In this document: one piece after another, positions 9,101 through 19,900 of the stretch
How positions within the stretch are numbered: the stretch's first letter is position 1
Layout of the letters: each line of letters starts with the position of its first letter
Virus record (IMG/VR): IMGVR_UViG_3300005573_000001
DNA length: 64,000 nt
From: a virus
Reading direction: 5' to 3' (one strand)
The notes under the pieces: model-generated
Told to the model about the DNA's origin: nothing
Seen by the model: only the letters and a program-made list of their open reading frames with translations
The model's database searches: none
Made by a program: the position numbers and the translations under genes

Positions 9101-11562
9101 CACCAGAAGTAACGAAGCTCGAACAGGCGACAAACGCCGTCATAACAAGTACTGGAACACTGCTTGAGCCAGCAACCACAAACTTAGTAACAGACCCAAC
9201 CTTCAATATCTCAGAAGGTACATATACAAAGGTATACGAGCTGCGTGGCAGCGATCCAGCAAGCTGCCAGATGGCATTGCTACACGGTGCATACACGGTC
9301 AACGAGGCAGGGATAATAGAGGCTAACGAGGCTACGATGGCGGCAACCGTCGTCCCCTTCCATAATATGCAGACTCGTATGGAGTATATATATAACGGAG
9401 ACTCAGTCAGCCTCGTATTTTGCTACAACGAAGATATAGGCTACCTCGAAGCAAAGATAACTCCGTACAACCTTACGCTACAAAGGGTGCAAATAGTACC
9501 AGACTACGGCGAGCGTGTAATTGCGACATTGGGTACGGCAGATATAGTCGAGGAACCTCAATTCACCATAGACTCCAGATATAGTATCACCGTTACAAAG
9601 ACAGACACAGTATTAGTAGTAGAGGCCACAACAGACGGCACAAGTATTACACTTACTGCCGAGGACAACCTGTATCAGTATGGTGGGGTTGGATTCAAAT
9701 GTGAGAACTCGATACGGCTTGACAATATCCAGGTTCTAGAGTGCCTAGGAGCATGGGAGCCAACACCAAACGATAGCAGCGGGCCGTCCGTAGACCTCTA
9801 TAATAACACCATATACATTACAAGTATAGACCAAGCCCATGGCATAGGCCAGACAGTCACCACAGAGGCTGGGTATGCTTATACGCTGTCCTTCGATTAT
9901 ACCGGCAATAGCGCTGTAATCGGTATAGACGATGATTACACAAGTGACACCAACGACACCGGGACTGTTAAGAGGGTCTCGCGTACATTTATTGCCTCCG
10001 AGGAAGCGCACCGCATATTTATAGGCAGCAGCGGAGAACAAACGATTGCGGTTGCTAATGTACAAGTAGAACAACACCCATACGCTACCCAGTTTACGCC
10101 AAGCGCAAGGGGCGAAGGTAGTATAACTATCCCATCCTCAAGCATCAGTCCCATCGTAGGAACACTCTATATCTCGTATACTCCGTTGACAGAGATTACA
10201 GAGGAAATTAATATCATATCCCTAACGGGCAGCGAAATGTCGATAAAAACTGATGGCAACACCGTCACATTCTACTATGGCGAGACGAGCACTAGCGTAA
10301 ATATCCCCATAGAGACTGGAAATGAGGTACAAATAGCTGCCTCATGGAATGCCTCAGACAACGAGTTTGAGATGCAACTAATCAAGCTTATGGTATGTAT
10401 AGAGGGCAGTGTCGCAAGTAATTATGCGACAGTATCAAGCAACGATCACATATCTATAGCTGAAGACAGTATACTAATGATCGGCGCACAGGAATCTATC
10501 CCGGCCATATACAAGAACCTCAGAATATACGACTACATATTTGGCGACTCATTTGGTGTACCAGACGACTACGTCTACGCGGCTGCTCTACAGGGTGTAA
10601 TTACCACGTACGACAACTCATATATAGAAATCAGCCCTGCCCCAGTTAACGGACAACCTATACTTGTATACGACGAAGACGGTCCATACACACATATAGC
10701 CTTCGTAGACAACAACAAGTTGGTCCCATATACGACTGAAATGCACACGTGGAGGGGGGAGCCAATCAGCCTGCACTATGTTGTCGATCCATCGTTCGTC
10801 ATCGTAATTAAGGATGAAAAGGGCGTACCCTTACTAAACTCAGATGAGGGTAAAATAATCATATCAGGCAACACACTTACTCTGGATGTAGCCGAAGAAG
10901 AGATAGAAGAAAGAAGCGAGGACGAACTATACGAGGGCAACATCTGGATTACGTATCGTCCGGCCAAATGCTTCACCTCAGAATTCTTTGACGACAAGTG
11001 TGTAATCCGCCTAACAGGGTTTTGCGGCAAGCCAGTAACTATAGTCTACGAGTCCAATCCATACGACTACGAGCATGCGCTAATAGATACTGCCGACCTG
11101 AATCCGATGAATAACCCAAACAACTTCGGCTTTATACGCATCCACCAGCGGACCGACGTAGCGACATCCTTCGACGTCAAAGTAACCCCAGAAACCCTTA
11201 GGGCGAATGGACACGAGTTCACCGTAATCATAATAGATGCCAAGGATGGAGTTGGAAACCCAGTTAGCAATGTAAATTACACATTCTCTGGATTGAGATA
11301 CGGCACGCTAGAGCGTTACATAACAGATGAACAGGCCGAGTTTATAGCGAGACGCGACAACGCGGAAGACCAGGCAAGCTTCAGATCAGAAAACGGATAC
11401 CTCATCACACTGAATGAGATGGCAGGAAGACAGATATTTATATATACGCCCAGAAGACATACAAACCTTGATCCCACCTACGGTACCGTAGAGGAGATAA
11501 ACCTGTTAGACACTGAGTCAGGATTAGGTATGGCAATCGATATAAGACTTATGCCAGCATAA
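6133..11562 (+). CDS. large virion structural protein (1809 aa) with probable carbohydrate-binding/LamG/Ig-like domains
   Basis: Very long beta-rich ORF with LLEPATTNLV..P and VQVEQHPYATQF motifs typical of phage tail CBM modules. Confidence 0.6.
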   Translation: MAQYNKNFYGASFYGDINVLSGQYASNWIPLSDDPISGTLNVTINAELPVASYDYQHVVMRDEFNGSVIPTVTEVINGDTYIKLSGTHVAEFRVTCRKAEIVYLKGPGYGSLAVNGYNELDEYVNDWTVNCNYATIEEASGVSGFCWPTLHDYTYYLCASSGTVYIRCINAHVTDVQVQMVVSDTASDLSKTSFETLSNGEWELVSGSKYTRAMEVSPFSDCIVYAFKIIMSTSDDTLAPSVSDIMFQTNDTNVYASKATWVADITLSNPSSIDNVYCSKESIEGTAVHIYTRSYNGTAWSAWSPVYNCGKYIGLANDQLTETIYTPVLDPSSTNVSAVIRRLVVGQYAPAGTRITYKLINQDLGNIRNYYAFMAATDPSNDTYTVTDALTSVSGSKVLYNDVFINTMGMDLNSISSPVRVAITLKRDNLTSPTPIFRFATIEADATYEERFFVSPCDTMADGTPNTTKRYAYASAVYNRLGGNVPAAFVLDEADYEDILIGNATYITPENMNFSPPTKVEGLAVNTTSTISTPTYIIEPEYVLYRVVDGTETKVPLNKNELAVFWESGESTRSLTTTLPNDVLIAQVTPYDPTGTANIDEYNIFLAYQYGYGVVVYGSDKTIEPGNTFVVPRLKGRQPILDGVKYAYYLVNGSANASGIENTNEQVAIAWGGTQYQEPYADIVEDSIHNGTTNRAITIASTNPDRYGRIEWISEAKRFSSIIINENDDSVATPARVFLRSVGDFPTVAPQANLDKYIVVAEPGSVMCRGKIVPDSRIHAELTITGYTPVDMDNEPIIRTAGSAHDTLSREAISGTARVVNSEGVTLMPTISGSDIDWSGVFPEGTPEDGEIYYVSYQYNTPSEGIITARAVDSKGHDYYENKVRTHAWSSAKLYHSQGICAPREDYVSATLPAISESGIWGTIDTKVENIEYYVLDNNPWVTTFIKDSKVVGTLRNRKPSQQWLPSIHNGYYYLNKDEYYKFSQPAEYTPEVTKLEQATNAVITSTGTLLEPATTNLVTDPTFNISEGTYTKVYELRGSDPASCQMALLHGAYTVNEAGIIEANEATMAATVVPFHNMQTRMEYIYNGDSVSLVFCYNEDIGYLEAKITPYNLTLQRVQIVPDYGERVIATLGTADIVEEPQFTIDSRYSITVTKTDTVLVVEATTDGTSITLTAEDNLYQYGGVGFKCENSIRLDNIQVLECLGAWEPTPNDSSGPSVDLYNNTIYITSIDQAHGIGQTVTTEAGYAYTLSFDYTGNSAVIGIDDDYTSDTNDTGTVKRVSRTFIASEEAHRIFIGSSGEQTIAVANVQVEQHPYATQFTPSARGEGSITIPSSSISPIVGTLYISYTPLTEITEEINIISLTGSEMSIKTDGNTVTFYYGETSTSVNIPIETGNEVQIAASWNASDNEFEMQLIKLMVCIEGSVASNYATVSSNDHISIAEDSILMIGAQESIPAIYKNLRIYDYIFGDSFGVPDDYVYAAALQGVITTYDNSYIEISPAPVNGQPILVYDEDGPYTHIAFVDNNKLVPYTTEMHTWRGEPISLHYVVDPSFVIVIKDEKGVPLLNSDEGKIIISGNTLTLDVAEEEIEERSEDELYEGNIWITYRPAKCFTSEFFDDKCVIRLTGFCGKPVTIVYESNPYDYEHALIDTADLNPMNNPNNFGFIRIHQRTDVATSFDVKVTPETLRANGHEFTVIIIDAKDGVGNPVSNVNYTFSGLRYGTLERYITDEQAEFIARRDNAEDQASFRSENGYLITLNEMAGRQIFIYTPRRHTNLDPTYGTVEEINLLDTESGLGMAIDIRLMPA

Positions 11563-11575
11563 GGAGAGAATCCCA

Positions 11576-14500
11576 GTGACCAAGAAACACATAGACAGAT
11601 TATCCAGCGTCGGCAAAGGAAGTGGCATTACGCAGGAGCATGGCACATATTCTATAGGAATCGTAAGGGAAGTTCCGTCAGATAGTGCCAACCTTGCCTT
11701 CGTATCAGGTGGAAAGCTCTCTGTTAATAAAAATATATCCCTACAAGACTATTGCAACACAATAGTTGAAAATCAACCTGCCGACTATACAGCAGACTTT
11801 CATATCCTTACACAAGATGGATCCGAGAGACTAAGGTTACGTATCGATGCTGGTGCATATACTTTTCACACCAGCGACCTCCTCATAACAGACGAGTTTT
11901 CCGTCCCTAATACTCCTCTCGATACCATCTACCCACTATATTATAAAGCCGTACCGTCATACAGTCTATACACAACCGACCTTGCACATAGTGGACTTAT
12001 GCGGCAATACGCGGCGGGTTACAATAGAGATAAGTCAGCATTCTCTCCCGTAGTAGATGATACTAAACCTATGGTATACTTCGGGCAGGACCTAATAATA
12101 CGGCACAGAAATGGGTCAGCCCTGTCAGATACCGAGGCTTATAAGGTAGTGCTAACCAAGTCTGCAAGCAACATATATAATGTCGTAATCTATACAAACT
12201 TCCAGAATACAGACAACAGGGAGTATATCGTAAGATATAGGCGCGGCCCAACAGCGTGGTTCGAAGAGAGCCTCAATGCCGCAACTTTCTTTACACGGGT
12301 CGAAACCTTCGATGCCATTAGTGAGACTCAGGAAAACTACCTCGCAGGCAACGAAGCAAACATATATACATACTACATAGACCAGGAAAGCCCTGGCAAG
12401 TATAATGTCTGTGCACCATCAAAGTTTGTCACTATCAATAATGCCGCCAGAGTGCCGGCAAGATTTAGGTATAGAATAGTCGGTACTGCACGAGATAGTT
12501 ATAACAACTATAACAAGTGCACGTTAAAGATAGGTATTATCTATGCAGCCGCATCCGGCAACGACAATACGCCATGCCATGTACTTGCCAGTATGAATGC
12601 AAAGGCTCCATATGGTTTGCCTTCATTCGTAACACTTACCAACCCGTATGCACACCCTGAATACTCGCCGTCACAAGCCGAGTACTGGTTAATAGACATT
12701 AATACGCCCTTAGAAATACTAGAGAATTACGACGTCATACTTATGACTGGCTACGGCGCAGTAGACTTGGACATCTATGCCGACAAATTCAACTCATATA
12801 TTACGGACGGTGGCAAGCTATGGATCGACAATCCGGCCAGTGGAGAAGGAACCTTCATCCCGTCTCTAATAGTGAACTCGTCCGACATTATCGGTGCTCA
12901 CTTTACCACCAATGAGCCAACGGCATATGAAATATCTGTCCCTACGTCTACTTACCTTAGCAACTACTATGCAGTCAATGGCACCGACATAGCATACGTG
13001 GATCAAGGCGCTATAGTAAAGGCCCCAATAGAGACAGCGACGACATGGATTACTCTCGTATCTGATAGTAATAACGACAACGTTGTTATATACCGCCAGT
13101 GCGGTAACGGGGCCATTATGATGAGCTCTTGCGGGCTCTTTAGAGAATACGCGAGGGCAGGCGGCTCCAACAATAATGCCAAACTGGTAACAAACCTTCT
13201 CCTAACGCTGGCGGAGAATAAATACATCTCCACGCCATGGATTTATGATAACGTCCACCACATAAGCAGCCTATTCGATAATGAATACGCCATAGGCGGT
13301 AGAACAGTATATCAGAAGGACGTAGTCAACGGAGTGGCTGTAGCAAAGAAAATACTTGCCCCATCGACCCTACATGCCATACTGCCATACATAGAGTATA
13401 ACTTGTCTAATGCCACACTCAACTTGGTGCCCCAGTTCCAGCAACTTAGAAACAACGTATGGACTGATGCCACACAGATCGAGTATGCCGGCACAAATGA
13501 CGGCTCGGAGCCACTGTGGGTCTACTGCAAAGCCCCATTATCAGCGTTTACCCCGCTTACTGTAGGATATAAAGAGTCCGACGTTAGAGTATGCGACGAT
13601 ACTGTGCCGTGGCAGGTCACCATAGTAGCCTATGCGAGCGTCTGGGGCGTAAACCAGAACGGACAGCCGGTATGCTCGAAGGTATATGGCACATCTAAAA
13701 AGGTCATACCATTTACCGTTAAGTATAGCGATGGATATAAGGATATAGCTACGCTAATTAATGTTCTGCCAGACTTATACTATGACAATAGTAATGTCCT
13801 ATGGCGCGACAAGACCAAGGTATCATACGAAATACGTATAGACACGATAGCCGGCGTACCTAATAGCAAAGTGAATATAGGGTTATATGACAAGCGCCTA
13901 AGCAAGTTCTATTATGCCAAGGATAACACCATAACAATCCCATATACTTCAGTTTTTGAACAGAGAAGCAATCCAGCGGCTATAGGTGGGGCAGAAATGA
14001 CTCTTAGGGCGTGGACGAACGAATACAGTATTATTGCTAACGACAGGACGTTTGGGGTATGTCCCGACACGAATAGTACCAGGGTATATCTTGAACTACC
14101 AAACAATACGGACGAGCGCGAGCAATGGCATGTAAGGATAAGGAATGGCCGGTTCGTGCGCAGCAGTATAGACAAAAACAACTACTTGCAGTATAGTACG
14201 ATAGTATCCAGCATCTATAATGGTACCTATTCGGTAATAGACGAGGTGCCGCTCGAAACAGGAGACATCCTTGAATATTCGGTAGAACCACAATACTTGA
14301 AGCAAGCCTTCTGGAGAAGCGACGGCATCAAAAGGGTCATACACGAGAAGGCACAGTACGTCAGAGATAATACAATTATGGTAATGAATAGCCCTCTAAT
14401 CATTACCGACCTCAGCGTTACAGAAGAACTGGTATCGCTCGGAGACGGCATTACATTTAAGGGCACCTACGACCTGTGGGACGAGGATGTAGTCCCAGTG

Positions 14501-15601
14501 CTCAAGGATGAGAATAATGATACTATTTCTATGGATGAGTATGACATCGACCTCTCGCGCGGCCTTGTAATATTTAAGGAAGTAGCGCCATATGCCAAAG
14601 TTATAGCAACATACACTTGCGAAAACACCAAAGTAACCAGGAATAGGTTTGCCAATAGAAGCGTTAGTCAAGAAGAGCTTAGGCGCATAAGTAGTTCTGT
14701 CTACCGCTTCAGCCACGGAGATATTGCCACGTCTCCAAGGCCAACGCTATATCACATTACACCAGGCAGCAGAACGCTAATACCGGCAGGAAGCTACACA
14801 ATAGACTACGAGCGTGGGTTATTGCGTATGCATGGCGTACAGGCAGAATCCATGAGGATCTTTGCCGACTATATCTACTATAGCGAAGATACTCTCACAA
14901 TAGCAGACTACAACGCAGAAGCCGGAACCATCAACGTGGCTGAGCCTATAGACTTTACCGACATTATCTATGTAAGCTACGAGTATCAAGAGAAGTTTCT
15001 GGTATACAACGGGTATGTAGACGCGGGGCAGTATTTCCACTTAGACCTAAACCCGTCAGAGGGGCATCTAAGCACGCAGTTAATCACAGATACAGCAGAT
15101 CATCCGGTCTATAGCTTGGAACCAACCAAAAATCTGATCAATAAGAGTATATACATATACATGCTCCCGAGTACGATCTACGACGCCACTACCGGCGCTG
15201 TCAAGTATCAAGAGGAGTACCCAATCCGACATTGCATAGGCCAATCTACTATAGAGTATATACTTACGACCTATCCCTATGCCGTAGTACTAGGAGAAAT
15301 CATAATTAGAGATCAAAACAAGGAGGCACAGGCCCTGGTTTTGGATACCCGCAAGCGTGGCGGCGGGCTGCTCGAGAGCATAACGGTAGAGCAGATAGAT
15401 AGGGTATATCCGGGTGCCAGGTACCATTGGGATATTGCGGAGTTTGACGGACTGCCATACCAAGGCAACGGTGCGTTCGTAATCCGAATTCCCAAGACAG
15501 TACTTACATCCTATGGAGGCAGATTCACCGAGGACGAGGTCCAAGATATTATATCCAAATATCAGGCGTATGGTACATACGCCATCATAGAATATATCTA
15601 A
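11576..15601 (+). CDS. large virion structural protein (1341 aa)
   Basis: GTG start with AAGGAG RBS, repeated YxIDyxxGxI motifs, C-terminal DTRKRGGGL...WDI; structural context. Confidence 0.55.
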   Translation: MTKKHIDRLSSVGKGSGITQEHGTYSIGIVREVPSDSANLAFVSGGKLSVNKNISLQDYCNTIVENQPADYTADFHILTQDGSERLRLRIDAGAYTFHTSDLLITDEFSVPNTPLDTIYPLYYKAVPSYSLYTTDLAHSGLMRQYAAGYNRDKSAFSPVVDDTKPMVYFGQDLIIRHRNGSALSDTEAYKVVLTKSASNIYNVVIYTNFQNTDNREYIVRYRRGPTAWFEESLNAATFFTRVETFDAISETQENYLAGNEANIYTYYIDQESPGKYNVCAPSKFVTINNAARVPARFRYRIVGTARDSYNNYNKCTLKIGIIYAAASGNDNTPCHVLASMNAKAPYGLPSFVTLTNPYAHPEYSPSQAEYWLIDINTPLEILENYDVILMTGYGAVDLDIYADKFNSYITDGGKLWIDNPASGEGTFIPSLIVNSSDIIGAHFTTNEPTAYEISVPTSTYLSNYYAVNGTDIAYVDQGAIVKAPIETATTWITLVSDSNNDNVVIYRQCGNGAIMMSSCGLFREYARAGGSNNNAKLVTNLLLTLAENKYISTPWIYDNVHHISSLFDNEYAIGGRTVYQKDVVNGVAVAKKILAPSTLHAILPYIEYNLSNATLNLVPQFQQLRNNVWTDATQIEYAGTNDGSEPLWVYCKAPLSAFTPLTVGYKESDVRVCDDTVPWQVTIVAYASVWGVNQNGQPVCSKVYGTSKKVIPFTVKYSDGYKDIATLINVLPDLYYDNSNVLWRDKTKVSYEIRIDTIAGVPNSKVNIGLYDKRLSKFYYAKDNTITIPYTSVFEQRSNPAAIGGAEMTLRAWTNEYSIIANDRTFGVCPDTNSTRVYLELPNNTDEREQWHVRIRNGRFVRSSIDKNNYLQYSTIVSSIYNGTYSVIDEVPLETGDILEYSVEPQYLKQAFWRSDGIKRVIHEKAQYVRDNTIMVMNSPLIITDLSVTEELVSLGDGITFKGTYDLWDEDVVPVLKDENNDTISMDEYDIDLSRGLVIFKEVAPYAKVIATYTCENTKVTRNRFANRSVSQEELRRISSSVYRFSHGDIATSPRPTLYHITPGSRTLIPAGSYTIDYERGLLRMHGVQAESMRIFADYIYYSEDTLTIADYNAEAGTINVAEPIDFTDIIYVSYEYQEKFLVYNGYVDAGQYFHLDLNPSEGHLSTQLITDTADHPVYSLEPTKNLINKSIYIYMLPSTIYDATTGAVKYQEEYPIRHCIGQSTIEYILTTYPYAVVLGEIIIRDQNKEAQALVLDTRKRGGGLLESITVEQIDRVYPGARYHWDIAEFDGLPYQGNGAFVIRIPKTVLTSYGGRFTEDEVQDIISKYQAYGTYAIIEYI

Positions 15602-15614
15602 GGAGAGAGATAAT

Positions 15615-16781
15615 ATGGCAGAAACCATTCTGAAGGTAGGCTCAAGCGGGCCTGCAGTACTGGAGTTACAGAAGAACTTACAGAAACTCATTAACCCACT
15701 TACAAAGAAGCCATACTTTAATGCAACCCCAGGCGGCAACTTTGGGCCACTTACCAGCTTAGCAGTAAGGACGTTCCAAGCTGTAAGACACATTAAGGTA
15801 GACGGAATCGTTGGGCCACAAACGCAAGGAGAAATCAAGCTGGCACTACAGCAGCAAGCAGACGAAGCGGCAGGTATCATGCAGTATGGGGATACCGGCG
15901 AGGCCGTCAAGAAGCTACAGGCAAATCTTCATACCCTTATAGATCCGCAGACAAAACTCCCTTACTATAATGGAGTTAACGAGGGGAGCTTCCTTGGTAT
16001 TACTAAGGCCGCCGTCATGGCATTCCAAGCTGATAATGGGCTGCCAGTCAACGGTATAGCGGATAAGGCAACGCTAGCTGCTATAGACAAAGCGCTAGCT
16101 ATGACACAGGCTCCGCAAGTAGTACAGTATCTAACCAGAGAAACGCATCCTAACCTTACCAGTCAGCAGCTTACAGAAATCAATGCCGCCTTGCAAGGTG
16201 TCAACACCATGCGCAGGAACATGGTAATAGAGGGATGCAAGTATGTATGGCCAATAGGTATATACATGATAGGTGCCAATGAGTTTAATAAAAGCCTCAA
16301 GCTCAATACCGTAGACGAAGCCGAAATTAAGGCATACATCAAGCGTGCACCAACCTACGTTACAAATGGGCGCGGAGAGTTCCTGCTGAAACATGTAAGA
16401 GAAATGACGGCAAGTGGCAAATTCTGTGTCGGAACAGACTGCAGTGGACAGGAAGTAGGACTATTAAGATTCTTTAAGCTGGTCAGTCCGTCGTTCGACA
16501 CTACGGCTAATGGCATGTATCACAGCTATTGTCATGCAATCAGTAGGGAACAACTCATGCCCGGGGACTTCGTATTCAAAAAGCCAGCTGTTGGGCGCAT
16601 CCCGCATATGGCCATGTATGTTGGCAACGGATGGGTACTCGAAGCGGCGGGTGGCGCTTACGGCGTAGTACTATCACAGCTGGATACCCATAGGGTAAAG
16701 AACCAAATGACAGGTCGTACCGAGACTCACAAGCTATTCAACTGCTTCGGCAGACCAAAGTTCGCAGGATATGAATCCTAA
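15615..16781 (+). CDS. peptidoglycan hydrolase/endolysin: two PG-binding_1 domains plus NlpC/P60 domain
   Basis: Repeats LKVGSSGPAVLELQ..FQ...VDGIVGPQT and GDTGEAVKKLQ..FQADNGLPVNGIAD; catalytic DCSG and PGDFVF..HMAMYVGNG. Confidence 0.85.
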   Translation: MAETILKVGSSGPAVLELQKNLQKLINPLTKKPYFNATPGGNFGPLTSLAVRTFQAVRHIKVDGIVGPQTQGEIKLALQQQADEAAGIMQYGDTGEAVKKLQANLHTLIDPQTKLPYYNGVNEGSFLGITKAAVMAFQADNGLPVNGIADKATLAAIDKALAMTQAPQVVQYLTRETHPNLTSQQLTEINAALQGVNTMRRNMVIEGCKYVWPIGIYMIGANEFNKSLKLNTVDEAEIKAYIKRAPTYVTNGRGEFLLKHVREMTASGKFCVGTDCSGQEVGLLRFFKLVSPSFDTTANGMYHSYCHAISREQLMPGDFVFKKPAVGRIPHMAMYVGNGWVLEAAGGAYGVVLSQLDTHRVKNQMTGRTETHKLFNCFGRPKFAGYES

Positions 16782-16790
16782 GGAGGTTGT

Positions 16791-16979
16791 ATGGACGATA
16801 CAACTCCACTTGGTATCAGTCAAATATATGACGCCGCTACCGATACGACACAGGTCTCTTGGTCCTACTTAGAGGGTGCCAACATAGACTACTTTATCCT
16901 TGAATACTGGGACCAAGATAAAAATAGGTGGGTACCATACGACGGCCGTATGGGAATCATAAGGGTGGATAATGGATGA
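16791..16979 (+). CDS. small hypothetical protein (FN3-like fragment)
   Basis: 62 aa, strong AGGAGG RBS, VSW..YFILEYW pattern, ATGA overlap with the next gene. Confidence 0.55.
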   Translation: MDDTTPLGISQIYDAATDTTQVSWSYLEGANIDYFILEYWDQDKNRWVPYDGRMGIIRVDNG

Positions 16980-19900
16980 GCAACTATCCTCAGGCGATAG
17001 ACCAATTTGTAGTACAGGTAAATGATGAATATGATAGCCAAGGAAACCTAACAGCACAAGGCACTATTATTGATGCCAACGACTATAACGCACACAGTAG
17101 GGCTATTGTATCTATAGAATCAGTACTTGGCGTAAATCCAAACGGGGGTTCCACCAACGTTGCCGCGCGCCTCAGCAATATAGAGGAAGAGATCAGCAGC
17201 ATAGGCGAAGCAATCAGTGATATAGAGGAAGAGCTTGAGTCTTATTCCGGGGGCTGGGAACCGCCGGGCAGCATTATCGCTGCTATCAACGCAAGCAACG
17301 AAGAGACTACGATAAGTGTTAGTAAGGTATCCAACTACACCGTCAGCGATTCAGCCAAACTGAAGGGTGCCGTCGAAAAACTGTTCTCACATGACGCCAA
17401 CGACACCAACTTCGTAACAACAATAAATCCAACAAATCTATATCCCAAAGTAGCAGACGTGCTTGCCATAGATAAGGGCGCTAGTAACCCCCTTTATATC
17501 CCAAGGGTTCAGACCGACCGTATAACCGCAAGCAGCGAAGCGGCCGGACTGCTGTCTACAGATCTTATCAACATCATCAACGCCCAAGTAGGCGAAGCGC
17601 GCATCCTTAAAGGAGCGATAGGCGTACTTGATGTTAACAACCTGGGAGCCGGCTGTGTACATGCGGCACAGCTGGCTACCGGCATAATAACATCAGACAA
17701 GCTTACTATAGGATTAGCCCGCGGCTACGAACAATGGATATTCACATACAGAGTTATAAATAATACAAACGTCACTCTTAGTAGGCAGCTCTTGCTCGGG
17801 AAGGTGTGCACCGGGACTTCCGTAATCAGTGCCGATACAACGTCTCTGCCATTACACCAGTATATTACAAGGGTAGGCGGGTATATACCTAACCATATCG
17901 GTATGGTAACTACGTATATGGTAACCAGCGCCAGTACGACCTTTGGATGGTCGCTAACTTTGCCTGGACAGGGTTACCTATACATTAATGGGGTAGCCAC
18001 GTCGGAAACCCCTAGTAACACAATTAATGCTACTGTCAATCTTAACCAAGGCATAAACCTGGTACAAATCCTATATCTCGGATTAGAAACCAATGCTACA
18101 GAGTTTCTATTAAGTACTACACCTCGTATAACAGCAAAGGAAAATGTCCTCGATCCAGAGGACGAAAACAACACTGTACAATACTACTCGATAGATAATC
18201 TCGAGTATATAGACTGTTATGTTAACGAATCTGTCAGTATAGAGGGAGACACCATTAATGTCGGTGACAACATTAGTCTCAGTTCTACAGAGGGCATTAG
18301 TATCTTCGGCGGGTATGGCGTAAAAGTACACAATAGTGGGCATATCTGGATAGAGGACGGAGCACTCGACATAGTAGAAAGGATTGACGACTTATACATA
18401 AGCCGCATCTCAATAGGTAACATCGGACTCGACGCCGCCAGCACGGATGACACGGGTATGGTACTTACAACCAGCAGCAATAAGACTGTACGGCTTGATA
18501 AGGATGGAATCACGTCTCCAGGGTTTAGAATAGGCACAGACGGATATACGTATCTCGACAAGGCATATGCCAACAATATAACTGTCAATGGCTTAGTCAC
18601 CATAGGTAATATACTCATCAGCGGCGGAAGCACTAATCTGCTTAGCGATAACATTACTGACACATACCAAACTATCAATATAACGCCATACATATACTAT
18701 ACATTCAGCTGTACTAGTGTCAGTATGCCTATGGCATACAACATAGTGTATATACAGTTCTTAGATAACAATGATACCAATATAACAAGTACGGTACGCG
18801 TGGACAAGATCGAGGCACCGAATAGCACAAGGCTCTACGATGCAACGGCGGAAGCAATTACGATGCGGTCGAGCAAGGCACCGCAATTCTCGTTCAAGGG
18901 AGTTAACGCCTCTAAGATATCAATAAAGATCGTTTGTTATGATAACCAAAGTCCGCCGGAGGCCATATCCAACGCATATGCGGAAAACTCAATGTTAGCC
19001 CCATATGCTATGCCACACGAGTATATAACGTATGGAGCGCAACAGCCCAGCTATATAATGAGCGCAGACTACCAGCCTAACTACACAGGGTGGTATATAT
19101 CGGAATCTGGCAATGCCGAATTTAACAACGCTAAAATCCGTGGTGCCCTGTATAGCTCAATATTTATCAAAGAACAGATACAGGCTACCGACGGTACGTT
19201 ATACGTAAGACCGGCAGGGATACTATACGAGACGACAAGTCTCAACATTAGTCAAACGGGCGCGGAAATTAAGATACGTAAGCACTACACTACTGAGGTT
19301 ATCGCCTTTAGTGTAGACGACTACCTGCAAATCAAGGCGGCTAATAGAGACGGTACAGGGTACGTTACTGCCTTACTGCAGGTAACCTCGGTTGGGGAAG
19401 CAACCCCTGACTATGCGCCATTCACTGTCGACGTAATAGAAATAATAGGAGATAACATGATTGCCCTCGAAACGGGTAACGTTGTACTTAACGTAGGACA
19501 ACCCGGGGAAGGCGGCATCGTAATATCTTCCGATGTATCTAGAGGAAACAGGAATGTACCGGCTATAGAAATCTATAGCTTCGACTCGATAGACGAAAGC
19601 AACACAATACAGTATACTGTAAAGACGCGCATAGGTAACCTTACGGGTATAGTCGGCTCACCAGATACTTTCGGAAGAGACTTTCCATTCACGGGCTACG
19701 GCTTATATGCAGAGAACGCCTACCTATCCGGCACAGTAGCCCTGCCTAATGCAGGTATAACAGGTATAGGAAACTCGCCTAACTCTGTAAGGATGTGGGC
19801 GGGCGCTTCGTTGCCTGAAGTACTGTCAGATCCTACGCTGGCTCCATTCCGTGTCCTACAGGACGGAACCCTATATGCAACCAACGGGCACTTCGAGGGT

